Positions 38,926 through 53,057 of a stretch of 64,000 nucleotides of DNA are shown here, in pieces (position 1 is the stretch's first letter; every line of letters starts with the position of its first letter). This DNA is from Marsupella aquatica (Eukaryota > Plantae > Marchantiophyta). A program made the translations under genes and the position numbers. The stretch lies in NCBI GenBank assembly GCA_973895155.1, contig OZ316891.1, forward strand, positions 8,309,875 to 8,373,874, read 5' to 3'. Below the pieces are notes generated by a model, which had not been told where the DNA came from, made no database searches, and saw only the letters and a list, made by a program, of their open reading frames with translations.

Positions 38926-41900
38926 ACGGCCCTCCTAAACAGAAGCGCTAGGCGCTGTTCTGCTCTGCTCCTTTCAACGTAAACAATGTGAAAGGAGATC
39001 TGCCAAACTGACCAAAAGCCTAACCCTTGATCACGAGCTTTTTGTTCACATTATTGTTCTCCGCAATCTGCACAAGTCGCAACAATTCGGAAGTCCTGTT
39101 AAACACAACATCAACATCTCCGGTTTCGACGTTCAATTCCGATTTCTTCAGTGGTGCTAGAAACCGGTGATAGAGTCACCTGCACGTTGGAAACATTCCT
39201 GACAAATTTCGGTTGCGACGGGACGAGCTGTGGGATAACAACCAAAAGGCGAAATGGCTACTATAGGCACGACAAGTTCGTGCTATGACATGCATTCAGA
39301 GTCCTTGGTAGAAGCCGTGTACCTGCGCATCTTCTAGAGAGTAGATGGCAATCCCCAAACGTGTACCAATCTTTACCAGTGCTCAAACGACCAAACGAAC
39401 ACCACTGACAACGAACACGATGCCTCCTACAAACACTCCGGTAAACTCATTCCTGACGAGAAGGAATTTTTTCCCGGGAGACTTCAGCTGACCAGCTGGC
39501 CCAGAGACGTCATGCGTTCACCACTAAATACAACAGCTACAGGCAGACTACCATGCTCCAGAGCTTGGTGAGCTCCTATACTCCTCCTTCCTTCGACGGC
39601 CGGCTGAAGAGCTCCCGATGCAAAAAATCCCGAGACTTAAAACCGAAGGCTCGTACATTTTCCTCCGAGACGTTCAACTTTTCTGCCTCGTTTGTATACC
39701 TTTTTATTTTCTAAACGATTGCCCCAGCTCTTCCAACAACCCTCCGTCATGAATCCTGCAAAATTTCACTCGTAGTCCAGCTCTAACGAGATCCCAAACC
39801 AGGATCTCGCTCCTTGATTACAGTTTCTGGCTCCTATCCCCTAGTATGGGACCAGCCCCACTCCGAAGCTGCCCTTATAGCTGTACACTTCCTGCAAAGG
39901 AATTACAAGGAGCCCAACGCAATCCCGCCAGGGATATGACCTGATGCGAGCCGTGCCTGCTGATGCACATCAGGGTTTTATTTAATAAAACATTCGATCA
40001 TGCTCGATCACTTCGCTGATAGGCAAGTCGATCACCAGCAATCTCTGGTGTCCCGTCGCCCAGTCTCGCATGCGCCACTGAGAGACCGTACCGCAGGGGC
40101 TGCTGCACACTTTCGTCACAGCTTCAGACTGTCGGGTGGGCCTCGCGGAGAGAGGAGAGGGGAGAGAGCTAGACGTAGTAGATTGCGTTTACTGCGGCCC
40201 CGATCAGTGCGCTAAATTTACGACTCAAGACCAACCCGTTCCAACAATAAATTGCTATCCTAGCCGGTGAGACATCGGCAGCAGCACGCGGCTTTTCTTC
40301 TTCCTTCCTTTTCGCGGGCACTGCCTGCGCAGCTGCTGCTGCTGCGTCACGAGCAGTAAGCTCATCAATCCATTATCCCACCGTACATTGAAGCTAAGTC
40401 CTTCCCTCATAAGACTTTTCCCAGTTTCCGTTCCCTACTCAGCTCGTGCGTACAAACACGAACGCTCAACGATATATGCGAGCTGTTACCCTCTAATCAC
40501 ACTCAATCACTCATTCCTCCTCGAATCCTCGACCACTCACCAGTACGAGTATGCTCTAGCTAGAGCTGTAGGTAAACAGCCCTGCTCGAGGGCAAACAAA
40601 AAAAACTCTCGACTTGACCTGGCCTTGCCTGACCTGACGTTCCCTTCCAGCTCGGCCAACCGCCTACAACCCAATAGCTGATCGGTAACTTTCGCTAGAC
40701 TGAATCCCTGAATCCCTGAATCCCTGCACTGCCCTAGCTGTCCACAGATGCCCAGTGTCCGTCGTGCAGGCCGGCTGTCCCTGCCTTGACTGCCCCGCTA
40801 CCCTTTTCCAGGAAAGCTTTTTGGCACGCAGGCAAGCAGGCAGGTAGGCAATAAGGCAAATGAAAGGTCCGCGAGCTTCAGACGCAGCAGACAAACCGAA
40901 AATCTCAAGAGATCCAAAAGAGCGTAGGCGCATAGCGCTGTTCTCACATGAGTGCTCTCTGCTCATGAATCTCTGTTGCTCAGCTCGGCTCGGCTCTCCT
41001 CTGCTTCACCATAGCCTACTACTCTACGTTGCCCAAAGCAATTTCTCCTCCTGGAGGACAATTGGACAAAAGCTTGCAGGACCCAGCTCTGCTCTGCTAC
41101 TACTGTAGATTCTCCAATCACACGCACATGTGGAGACACACTCGGATCTGTACAGTAGACGTAAAGACAATTTTGGGGTCTTGGATCTATCGATGACTCT
41201 TTCGGAACCCCAAATTTCTGGTAGGCTGGGGATTGCGAATTAAAACTTTTTAAAAATAAGCGTTGATCGTTTAACACTTAACAGGGATCAGGAACGAGAT
41301 TCCCGTTGCAGGCCACCTTAGAGCCGAACCATGTGGAGTTCATCCTCTCTCACTTACTTTTATTGCCACCTCTTGCTGGATTGTAAAAAGCCCACCCTAG
41401 ATCAAGCCTGATGAGGAGCCAACTTGAGCTCCATTCCTCCACCGTCAATGTTTCTGAGATTCTAATATTACCATACCACTACTCTATCACATCAAATGTC
41501 ACATATATCTCAAAACAAAAAGCTCCAAACAGGGAGACACATTATGATGTACACATATATGACATTGCCAAAAACAAAAATGACCATCTCAAAGACAAAA
41601 GGCCAATAATGAGGAGAAGGAAAGGGAGAAACTCAGAAATGCTAACGAGTCAAATAGCAGGAGTCCCATACCATAAGAAAAACCTTGCCTATATTATGAT
41701 TCATGATATGATTCATGATGGTCTACCTTTTATGACCTGCTCATAGAGTGAAACCATAGGCCATAATTTATCTCCCAAGTGACAATTTTGGTATTTTCTT
41801 GTGAGTAGGGATATGCAGTGGGAGTCTACAAATGCCACAGAGTTAAAGCATTGAACATAGAGAATCTTAGAGGCAAAGATCCAATAAAGGGGAGAAAACA

Positions 41901-44900
41901 AGGGAGAAACCCAGGAAGACTACCCTGAAGACTAAAGAGTCAAAACGTTAGAGAGTCCCTTACTATAGCATATTGAAAAAACTCTTATATATAGAGAGAG
42001 ATATAATTTGCACTAGTTTACCTTTCATGACCTACTCTATAAAGTGAACCCAAGGCCATCATTTCTCTGGGTAACAGCAATTTTTTTATTTGCCTGTGAG
42101 TACGGATGGGAAGTGTATGCAAACAATAAAAAGTGTTGAACCCACTCAAAGACTGGATTTTAAAGGCAAACGACCCAATTGAGGGGAGAAAACAAAGGAG
42201 AACCCCCGAAAGACTGAAGAGTCAAAAAGCCCCGAGGTCACCTACTAGTGCAAACGAAGAAACAATCATCCGTAATTATCTAATCACAATGGAGCTACTC
42301 TCACGTTTATTGTGTACAGTGAAGCCTCTAGGTTGTCCCTAGGGCATAACTGAAAGTGGGGGTGCAAAAAGAAAAGAGGATTGGGGGCAGGGCATTGAGT
42401 GAACCTAAACAATAGGGAATCTCTTGTTCTGCAAAAGCCTTTTTGCTCCTCACACCTGTTTGGCTCTGCAAAGTCTTTTGGTCCTCCTTAGGCTGAAAGA
42501 AGGAGTAGTCACGCTAGTTTATTTTTATTATACTTGACCATAGTCTACCCAGTTGAGTGGAACAATAGGCCTTCATTTCTCTTGTGAGTAGGATGGACAG
42601 TGGGAGCCTGGGTATACCCAAAGAACCATCCATGTGTGCTTATGCTAGTAGACACAAAGGTTGTTTCTAGAGAGCAGGATGGACATGCTCAAACTTTAGT
42701 GTAACAAAAGAGGAGAGAAACACCATGAAAGGTACAATTCAGGTATGAAGTAGTTATTTTACATGCAGTACATCATAGTTTAGGGAATTTTTTTGAATCA
42801 ATGCATCCCTTTACTTCACCAGAAAGGGGCCATCTACAGCCCAAAATGTGATCTCACTGAATCTACTTTCCACCAAAAACATTCCACCAAAACCCATGTA
42901 ATAATGGTTCAATAATGTTTTTAGGAATCACCAGCAAATTTTTAGGGTACAAGGGTCCTACGATGCGAAGTGAGTGTGAGAGCATGCATGGCAGGTTCAC
43001 TATTCACCTAGGCAAATGACCATTGGCCAGTTAAGGCTAGGGCCCTTATAGAGGCAGCTATTACACTCATTGACACCTGCTGGGACCAAATGTAAATGGA
43101 ACAACAGATCTTATTCAACAATGGAGCACCATATCAAAGGATAGCCAGCCCACATCCTCGTCTACCTAAGTCAGATGCACCCTCACTATTATTGGATCTA
43201 CCTTACGTTTCCCATAGTTGAGCTGGGCTCAAAGCAAGATAGAGTGGTCTAAGTTGAGAAAATTTAATACCCACCTCAATACCTATTTGTAATACCATTT
43301 TGAAGCCTAGAGTAGTACCTTAAAGAAGAGAAGTGAGTCTGAAAAAATTCAAGCAGCTGCTGGCAAAGTTGCGCTTATCTACTAAGTGCCTTGCAGAGCA
43401 AAGGTCAGGCTTGATGTGAATGGCTCCTTTTCTGAAGAAGGCAAGGTTGGCTAACAAGGGTGAAGTTTGGGCATTTCTGGTTCATCCTGGGTAGCCATTG
43501 ACAAGGACCTTTGCAGTCCAATATTGTCCATTGGTGTATTTACATTTGGCCTCGGTTGCGTGCAGGTGCAATTCATGGCATGGTATTCGATTTTTTGGTG
43601 TTCACGCTGGGCAAACTCCACTAGCTTCAATGGCAACAGAGTAAGTGTTAATTAGCCACCATTCCTTTCTCAAATACTGAGATTTACTAGATTGTCACTC
43701 TTTTTTTACATAATACATACCTTGCCAATGATGTTTTTCTATTCATCACAAAGCCAGTTTTTGTTTACGTGGGTTAAGAAAATTAACATGGGTTACCTCC
43801 TTCACATCCAATGGCTGTCATTGCAGCCAGTCCTGCAATCGACAGCTCCAGTTTCCATCAAGGTGACTTTGACCACCCTCTGCAGGACAGAAGTAGAGGC
43901 TATGCCCGGGGACAGGCTGGCCCTTGACAAAGTCCACGGGTATAATGGGAGGACAGCTCCACCCGACCGCCCCTCAGTCAATTGAGCCAAGGATGGTCGG
44001 AGCACAACCAAGTCCAAGACTGGTGCACGCCATGCACAGTCCCGGTGTGGAGCACAACCAACATACAACTCGGTGCCATGCCCTAGTCAAGGCACAGAGC
44101 CTGGACTACTTAGGTGTTTTGCCTCAAATTAAGGTCCTCAATTTCAGAGTATCAGAAACGGAGATGACTGTAGCCTGTTGAAGATGTGCCCTAGCTAGTT
44201 ATGATCTGGTCCATGCGATGCTTACCTCTAGGATATGGGTGTGCCTTTAGACCTAGTTCTTGACATCGTGATTTTCCATACCTTGTTTCTTGGGTAGGGA
44301 GTAGTCACAAGATGCGTATGTGACAAATTAATTGGGAAATCAGTAATTCCACTAGTATCAACTACACATAGTACAAATGTCTACAAGTATGCAAGTATAG
44401 AAAACCATGATCCAAGGAGTTTTGGGGACCCAGTGAACTTTTCTTTGCAAAAATTCTATAAACTTGACATTGAGAAAAGACCAGCCAATATCACAAATGG
44501 CAAAAATGACGAGAAAATGGACAACATTCCATTCACCCACATATCTCTTGAGGATCCAATGCATGGTCTTCCTAAGATCTGGGAATGTCTTCATCTCTTA
44601 TCAGTTCTAACGACAACAAGGCTAAGTGATAACCAAGTCAAAGTTCAAAATTTACCCCTCTGCCGGCTCGGTTCTCCATTTGGAGAACTCTTGACCAAGA
44701 ATTTAGGCTAAAAGGTGGCTTACCTAGACTGCTCCAACAAGTCACTCTTTTGGGGAAATCAGTATATCTATCAAGGGAAATGATCACAATTTGCCTTACA
44801 AGAACTTGGGAGCCCACCTTTAGGTATGGTGCCCACCAACCCTAGACAGTTGTCAAAAGATATGCTCGGTAAAGCTCTTTCATGCATGAGCAGATTTTGT

Positions 44901-46162
44901 CTAGAATAAACCTCTAGAGGGCACATTGGCAGCCTAAGGTGTTTTTCTCGGGACAAAGCCTTTATAGAAGGGGTTAACCTACTACTGGCCCTACATAAGT
45001 GGGAACATGTGTCCAAGACCACCCCCCTTTTTACATTCCAGTGACTCGCTGGGCTTCTACTATGCTTGTTTCCCACAACCTTTCAGGAAAAACTTACTAT
45101 TAATGATGAAATTGGAAGGTTCAGGTCTGGTGATGGCCAGTTGCCATCTTTGTGCTGGAGGTCAAGCAAAGTAATTGTAGTTAACTTAAAACAATCCAAT
45201 AGCCAACATCTGGCCAGGTTTCACCACAAGATAGTCATCCATGGTCTTTACCCTAACCACAACATGCTTTCCAACCAACCCTTCACAGTAGGCTGGGTCT
45301 CTTACTTTGATCACACTCAAACTCGCTCTACCTCCTCTTGGTTGGCTGCCTCTACACCCCCCCTTGAGAGTGGGCCAGGGCTTTGAGTTTAAATTGAGGA
45401 TGGTGAAAAACTAAGGGAAAAGCCCCCCATTTAATCCGCCCACGAATCCAGGGTGGGGCAGGGTTTGCAAGAAAGAATTGTACAACTCCCTTGAAGTTCA
45501 ATACAATTATACAACTGACAATCAGCACTGAATAACTATCTAAATACCTTTCCGTCTTGTACAATCCCTGCCCTCCTTCTAGAGCTAGTCGCCAGCTCGA
45601 CAATTTCTGAAAAACCAAGAAAAAATTGGCTGGTGACAAATAATGGAGTGATGATGAAAACTGACAGGCTGTTGACAGCATATGCTGGGACTGAAGGCAA
45701 GACCAATTGGCAAAGCATAATTATATACTCTCTCCAGGGGAAGTAGGTAAGTATATCAGAATTCATTGTGTTCCATTTCTCTTTCTGTAAGGGGAGAATC
45801 TGCACAGACTGGAAAATGTTCCTTCGTGGTTGTATCCTGTTGCTTGCTATAATAAAATTAATGATACAGCAGTTGTATTCATTGTGGTAGCTGAGGGGGT
45901 TGCTTTCTACGCAGAACCTGCAATTATGTTGAAGGCATGCATTCATGATGTATTTCCAAACAAAAGTGTCGAATGCTCAGAAAGGGAATAAATTGAGTGC
46001 TACTAAGGGGGGCTATAGAAGGACAAGAGGTCAAAAATTGAGAGGTCAGTTGTGTTTACTACCTGATTGACGGGCCCATTTAGAGTGTATCATGACCAAG
46101 AAAGGTGGTCAGGTAATGCATCTTTCAAAAAGGTCCTTTAAACATCAAGAGGTAGTCTAAAT

Positions 46163-46517
46163 GTTGTCTTGCATGTAATCTGCCCTCAATGTTGCGGCCC
46201 TCAATTTTTGCGGCCCTCAATTATCCGAAACTGCTCAAGGAGTGCACCTCAACACATTATGGTTCTGCCACGTGTCACTTGGCCAGGTGCCTGGAATGGA
46301 ATGTGTGAAAGTGAGTAATTTGTTTTATTCAAGTGTTACAGGTCGGGGCCTCAAGAGGTTTGGGAAAGTTTTAGGCCTTTGCTCTCCAAGTCTCGACATG
46401 AACTGCCGTGGAGCCTGGATAATGAAGGGGTCCAGGCATGAAATTCTCTATGTATGATAGAATGTACACATGCAGTTGAGGCCCACAAAACTGAGATCCC
46501 ACTTAATGCAAGACAAC
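46163..46517. mobile_element. MITE-like element with imperfect ~45 bp TIR
   Basis: Termini GTTGTCTTGCAT / ATGCAAGACAAC; flanking direct repeat TCTAAAT at 46156-46162 and 46518-46524. Confidence 0.75.
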
Positions 46518-47169
46518 TCTAAATTTTGGCCAGAACTGCACTATCACATAAACATTTTAGGGGACCCACTCGAGTCCATGTAGGATTGGGAGATTGCTTG
46601 TACAAGTGAACCCTCAATTCAATTCCATTTAAAGCCAAGTGAAAGGTTGTGTTGAAATCTAAAAGTAAAATCTTGGAAGTGACCTGTCAATTCTTGTCCT
46701 CTAATTCGTGTAAAGCCTCCATCATTAAATTTCAATCAAATCAGTATATGTTGTTTGTCACAAGTGCAGTACTTACGTTGTGCTCTACCTAGCCTCATTT
46801 GAATGGAGGAACTAAATCTACCAAACAACAAAGATTGCCACTCTTGCTCCGCCTTTGTGTGACCATTGTACTTTGCTTTCTGTGTGTTGTAAATTGATGG
46901 GTTTTTCCTTGCCAAAGACATGCATCCCCTTGCAAGGCTGCTTTTCGCCTTTATGAAAGGCGGGATGAAAGGGCTTGCACAGTTCTGAAAAATCTTTCTC
47001 ATCCTCCCCTCTTGCCAGGCCGCCACATAACATTGCTTTATAGATAAGTCAAACGTTTGGGTGCTTTGTAAATCTTTGGAAACACTGGTGAATTTCTTTC
47101 ATTCTTTGTGACCAACTCCTTTCTACGTCACTGATAGTGCACACTTCCTTTTGTATGATCCTTTGGACT

Positions 47170-47700
47170 TCATTGGATCTATTGGCACATAGAATTTGCA
47201 TGTTGAGCACAATCCTACAGTATTTTCTGAATTTTGTTGTTTGCTGCATTTTCCTTCTTGTGAGCAGGTCAATGTGAATGATGGCTGTGAGCTGTCCACT
47301 TCAATGTAACTTGTATCTCAGAGTTCCCTTTGTGTGATCCTTTGTATGTCAGTAGATATATTGGCACATTAGTTTGCATGTTGAGCACAATCAATCCTGT
47401 ATATTCTGAATTTGTTCTTGCTGCATTTTTCTTTCTAGCGAGCAGGTCAATATGATTGATAGCTCACGCTTTCTGAGCTGTTCACTTCAATGTGACTCAT
47501 AGTTTGGAGTTCCTTTTCTGTGCTTTTTTGGATGTCAGTGGATCGATTGGCACATTAGTTTGCATGTTGAGCACAATCATGTATACTCTCAATTTTGCTT
47601 TTTGCTGCATATTCCTTCTAGTGAACAGTCTTGTGGAATCCTGTGGTTTTGTAGCTATTGGCACATTAGTTTGCTTGTTGAGTGCTATCCTATAGCTTCC
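47170..47700. repeat. Diverged tandem repeat, four units
   Basis: ATTGGCACAT(T)AG(AA)TTTGC(A/T)TGTTGAG recurs at ~47181, 47360, 47546 and 47656. Confidence 0.8.
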
Positions 47701-49056
47701 AATTTTGTCTTTTGCTGGGCATTTCCCTTTAGAGTCAGGCGTGAGTAAGTGCTCCTTGGAAGAAAGCCCCAACATGCACTTGTACCGGATATGTATTATG
47801 GTATAAGTGCTAAATGGCCCTTATTGATGTCTGAATCTTGCACTTGACTAGTAAGTGCTACTATGTATTTACTACTACTAAAGGAACACTGCACTTCCAA
47901 GTAGAAGCAAAATGAACTTCATGTAAATAATTTGCATTATAGCATGCCCATCCAGGAACATACATGCTTGAGTTTTTGTCTTGTAGTGTTTTGAAAGTAA
48001 ATGTAATATGAGAACATAACTAGAAGGATTGGTGCACAGTGACCAATGAAAAGTACAATCAAGGATGCTACTATGTCTGCACTTAATTTAATGTACTCAT
48101 GAATGATACTCATTTCAATAAAAACTATAAACTTAGGAAAGAAAGACATAAGGAGAACTTAAGACGCAATCATAACCATTTCTCTCACTCATGAGAATAC
48201 TTTGTTCAAGTGGTGGAGCCTTTCATTCATCTTTGATAAATCACAAACATCAAAATTTACATGGGGGCTGCCAAAATAAGTTCAAAATATTCTAGAATCC
48301 TAAAATTAAAGGGGTCTATGAATTAAATAAAAATGTATATTATACACAGGTTGCCTCTTGATAAGGCACATTGAAATAAAAATATATGACACCAAAACTT
48401 TGAGTAAGACAAAATCTGAAAGGTGTATTCACCATAGCAGTTTGCTCAATGAATGTAGTTCAACTTTTGTGATGTATTTCTCTATCTCCACTTTAGTCCA
48501 ATGAAGTACTCCTCAAAATGCTCAAGTGCAAGTATTGCAGGAGATCTACTATGTGGGGTATCCAAAGCTGAATTGTTACTGTAAAAGAACTGCAGGACAT
48601 CCTATGTAGATTGAGCATGCGTTTATCAATAAAGGAAACCAAGTGCATTCCTTGATAAGTGTTTATGCGCTCTTACAGATGCTTAGCACTTAGAGATTTT
48701 TTGTTTGGTGAAGCCAATATGCACGTACAGAAACTGCAATTTTCTGCATTTTACATGGGAAAGTTTTGGGAAGAAGCTCTCATATTGCATTTATTCACAT
48801 TGTGCACTAATAGAATTTGGACTCTAGTGAGGTGCTCGATGCCATCGCTGACATTATGGGCAGTACGATTGTTTGCTTGCTGTAAGTCAATCAATAAATG
48901 AAATTGAATGTTTATTCCAAAAAGGTTTAAATTGTTTGCATCTGTGAGCGATAAGTTGTAAGCTTTGTTTGGATAGGATTCCAAAATTTCCATGGGATAT
49001 AGGGGAATGTGCATTTTGACAACGATAGTATGAAAGGTGTGTAAAAAACGCTAATG

Positions 49057-49547
49057 ATCAACCTGTCCCCTAAACTTATTTAATTCCTAAGTTGACCTCA
49101 TTTTTTAATATTGGTTATGTTAACTCCTCTATTTAACCAAGGTCTTCCCGCATTGGTCGCCTGCCACATGGCAAGGTGCTATATGCCATGCTATCCTAAC
49201 CTGGGCTGATTCATGCCCAATTTTATGATTTAGGGAGTACCAGGCTGGCTCTGCCGCTTTGCGCCCCGACCTGGCTTCCTCCCCGCCAGACTTACCTGCA
49301 AAGGCAGGCCTGACAACAGGGCCACCCCTTCCTTCCCTTTGCCGACCAGGTACTCCCTAAGTTGTCGTAACAGGAGTGAGTCGGCCTAGGCTAGGGTAGA
49401 ACCGGCCGGGGTTCAGCATGGTGAATAGCGCTTGTCACACAGAACGCAATCAAAGCGGAAAAACCTCAGGTTAAGTACAAGAATTGGAGCAACCTATATT
49501 TGAAAAGGGGGTCAACCAAATTAAAATAGTTTGGGGAACAGGTTGAT
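49057..49547. mobile_element. Foldback / long-TIR non-autonomous element (Mutator-like architecture)
   Basis: Outer arms ATCAACCTGTCCCCTAAACT / AGTTTGGGGAACAGGTTGAT; inner arms TTAGGGAGTACC (49230-49241) / GGTACTCCCTAA (49349-49360); patchy complementarity in between. Confidence 0.7.
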
Positions 49548-50167
49548 ACTTACTGTCACTTTGGGGAATAGGTTAGTAAAAAGTTCATTTTTGCTATCAC
49601 TCTATTGTCAGTCAAAGAATGTGCATTCAGGCTCATATAGATCTATAATCAGGAAAGAGAGCTTTTAGTGTCTAGTAGCCAGAGCAAAAGTCTCTAGAGG
49701 GTGACTCCAGACTCCTCATGGAACCTAATTGAAACTGAGGGTGCCAGTGGAAACTGATTGGGGGTGAAGCTCAGGTCTAAAATATGGGTGGCACAGCTGG
49801 CTTGAATGTGGCTCTGAGGCTAGTTCCTTCCTATAACCCAGCCCAATAACCTTGGGCAATTGTCTGCGTAGGTGGACACCCTGCCCAGCCTAGCTTCCAT
49901 CATGAAAGTATGTTCCCCTCAACGTTTTATATTCTCTTCAGGACGACGGCAAACGTGCGAAAATTGGCAAGCTAGAGTTTATGCAGACTGCCGATTATGG
50001 CGGGACCGGTCTGTTTAATGCGTATCTCGTTTCTCCAGACAGACCCCTGTCACTCATTGCACGCCATTTGGTTTTGTCTCGAAGGTCTCGTTATATATTC
50101 TCTTCAGGAACAGAGCAAACGTGCCAAAACTGGAAGTTACAGTCTACACAACCTTGAACCTCCAGTT

Positions 50168-50487
50168 CAGTGTATTTTTTAAGGTTTTTATTTTTTCGCT
50201 CCTTTGTGTAGTGTTATGTCTGTGAAGGAGAAGATGCTCGAAATATTTCTTATTTGATTATTTTCCTGATGGTTAGATTTCCCTAGATTTAAGGATGGCT
50301 TATTTTCCTGACTGTTAGATTTCCCTAAATTTAAGGATGATTGTTAGATTCTGGCTAAGAGGGCAGTGATTAGATGGAATATTGGCTAATGACCAAAAAA
50401 AGACTACAGTAGCTAATTTTGGTCAACAATGGAGAGCTTTTTGGGGAGATGGAATTTGACTAATTTTGTCCAATTAAAAAAACGCTG
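50168..50487. mobile_element. hAT-type MITE
   Basis: Ends CAGTGTATTTTTTAA / TTAAAAAAACGCTG; 8 bp TSD CTCCAGTT / CTCAAGTT (one mismatch); interior similar to 62893-63142. Confidence 0.75.
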
Positions 50488-50610
50488 CTCAAGTTAGCTC
50501 TCACAAGCCATTGCATGCCTTTCTATCTTTACCAGCATAGGTGGACGTCGTCGAGTCACAAATCAGGAACGTCCAGGAGGCATCGTAAACTGTGCATTCC
50601 CTTCCCCTCC

Positions 50611-50885
50611 TTGATTCCTGTGTAATGTGCATAAGCTGCCAGTATCAAAGTACCACATATATAAAATAACTATAAACATATAGAGGACTACTGTATCTAG
50701 GATTATATAATCACGATAAAAAGCTGCTCCGCTTCTGTGCCTATGGCAGTATGGCTTGATTCCTGTGTAATGTGCATAAGCTGCCAGTATCAAAGTACCA
50801 TAAAGATTATAAATATAAACATATAAAGGACTATCTAGGATTATAAAATCATGATAAAAAGTTGCTCCTCTGTTGTGCCTATGGT
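50611..50885. repeat. Tandem duplication, ~145 bp unit
   Basis: TTGATTCCTGTGTAATGTGCATAAGCTGCCAGTATCAAAGTACCA at 50611 and 50756. Confidence 0.9.
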
Positions 50886-51212
50886 CGAGAGTGAAATCTC
50901 TAGACCCTGGCTCTAGGAATGTAACTGAACTTGAGATGCGAGTGAAAGCAAATATATATATCACTATAAAACTACTGTAATGTGCTCCTTTTCTGTGCCT
51001 AAAGTAACTATGGTCTAGAGTGAAACTACTAGACTTAGCTCTAGAAATGTAACTGAACTTGAGGGACGGTGGAAAAGGAGAGATTGGGGGCAAAGTGAGT
51101 CCCTGAAAACGAAGCACTGAGCGTGAATGTCATCACCTTTATTTATATTCTAAAATCAGCAATAAGGCTATTATTTAATGAAGATCTAATAAAGATGCAA
51201 TTGCAAGTTAGA

Positions 51213-51744
51213 GAGAGATATATTTAGTGGACCTCCAAATCAAACTTTTTCTCTTAATTTACCAAAAGATGTAAATTCTCTCCCAATGGACCCAAAGTTT
51301 CAGATTCAGTTCGAGCATACGGCCCACTCAGTACATCAATGTTCTTCTGAAATGGCTCACCCCGCATTTCAAACTGACTATGCAGCCTGATAATATTGTA
51401 GTCGGTCAAGTATAGTAACATCAAAAGGTAAATGTGTACTGTGTGGATAACACAAGGGCCATAGCGCAACTGCCTCAGTCTGAGGTCTCCCTGCTTGGTT
51501 GAATACATTATTACTGTTGTATACATTGCGATTGTAGCTGGACCCATTTGGCAACGCGGTCATCACCTGTAGAACATCCTGTGTTTACAATAACTTTCTT
51601 ACATTATATGGACTGAAAATTGTGTGATAAGAACTTCTAACACAAAATTGTACCTTTAGTGGGCCCGGAGGTCCACTGGGACAAAATATGCTTCGGTCGG
51701 TTACAAAAATATTTGTATTTGGAGGTCCATTAAATGTATCTCTC
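51213..51744. mobile_element. TIR-bounded non-autonomous element (Mutator-like GAGA ends)
   Basis: GAGAGATATATTTAGTGGACCTCCAAAT versus ATTTGGAGGTCCATTAAATGTATCTCTC (near-perfect 28 bp inverted repeat); TSD degenerate. Confidence 0.7.
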
Positions 51745-52932
51745 CAAAGCTAGGACGGCCTCCGGTCAAGAGTGAAGCCTTTAGACCTTAATTTGGGAGC
51801 AAGTCTATGTTGCGGTGGAGCTGGAAACAGGAACATGCTACTCACCATCTATTTACTAGCAAAGCTCAATGGGCATTCACCCCAGGCTCATATCTAATGA
51901 TGTGTGATAAATTGAAAGGCAGAAAAAGGGACTCCTGTGTGGAGTGAAGCCTCTACACGATAACTATAAAGGCACAAGTATGGTTTGGGGGGACTAGGAA
52001 TGGGCACCATCGTACTCAACATCTATTTACTAACAAAACTCAAGTATTCAAGCTAGTGCATATAGTACCAGATTCGTGCCTATATAGGGATGGTAAAGTT
52101 TGCACATGCATTGCATGAAAAGCAATTATTTTATTTTGTTCTTTTCAAATTATAGCACAATGTCGTGAATGAGAAATTGAATCTCAGATGGGTCTCCATG
52201 TTTCAAAAAATGCTGTTATGTACTTTTGCAAGCTGAATGGACTGGAGCAAAATACTCCTTTGTGCTCATTTAGTACATACGACAATGATGAGTCAAATTT
52301 GGTCACAAATTGAAACATTCATCTTTGTTTGTAGGTCTTTCTATTCTTAATGAGACTTTTGGATATTAGGTTCACTGGAAAGATCTTTCCAAGAAATTTC
52401 TAGCAAATGCAAAAACATCACAGTTGATGAGTGGTTCATGGATTGAGCTCAGTCCATGGGAGCATCATTTCCATTTGTAATTTCTCTACAATTGATTTTG
52501 ACTTAGAAACAATGTAAGTCTTGCTTTAGAATGTTTCAGAATGTTCCTAAAATATGCATTGTAAAGATTGTCTGCGAGACTTAAATTTGAACATGAGTTT
52601 TTTTGTGTGCAACCTGAATGTCCCTAATGTAGCCTCCACCCAGCTACATTTCTTCTATTCAAATTTTAGGGCAAGGTCACAAACTAATCTCTCTAGATAT
52701 TTTGACATCCATAAACTATGTAAATACTGATAAATGTGTCACATCAAGATGCTTAGAATATCGCTAAATCTGCTTTTAAAATGTGTTTTCTATGTTTCAC
52801 AAACACAATCGAAAAGTTGGTCCCAGTTTACACTCAAAATTCCCATAATTATTTCTTTTTTGCAGGAAATTGATTGTCACTCATGTAGTGTCTGCCCGGC
52901 CAAAACGAAGAAGAAGAGAGTTTCTGCCCCGG

Positions 52933-53057
52933 CAGAATGATAAGAGCAGGTCCTCTAGAAGTAGCTGGACCAGAATGATCAGAACCAGCTCCTCTAAAAG
53001 CAGCTGGGAGCAGAATGATCAGAGCAGGTCCTCTACCTGAGTACAGTAGCTGGACCA
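52933..53057. repeat. Three ~40 bp tandem units
   Basis: CAGAATGAT(A/C)AGA(G/A)C..G.TCCTCTA...GTAGCTGG. Confidence 0.75.

Noticed and set aside
50563-51117. 184 aa minus-strand ORF
   Set aside because: Made of tandem repeat units and hairpin-family sequence; low complexity and no domain
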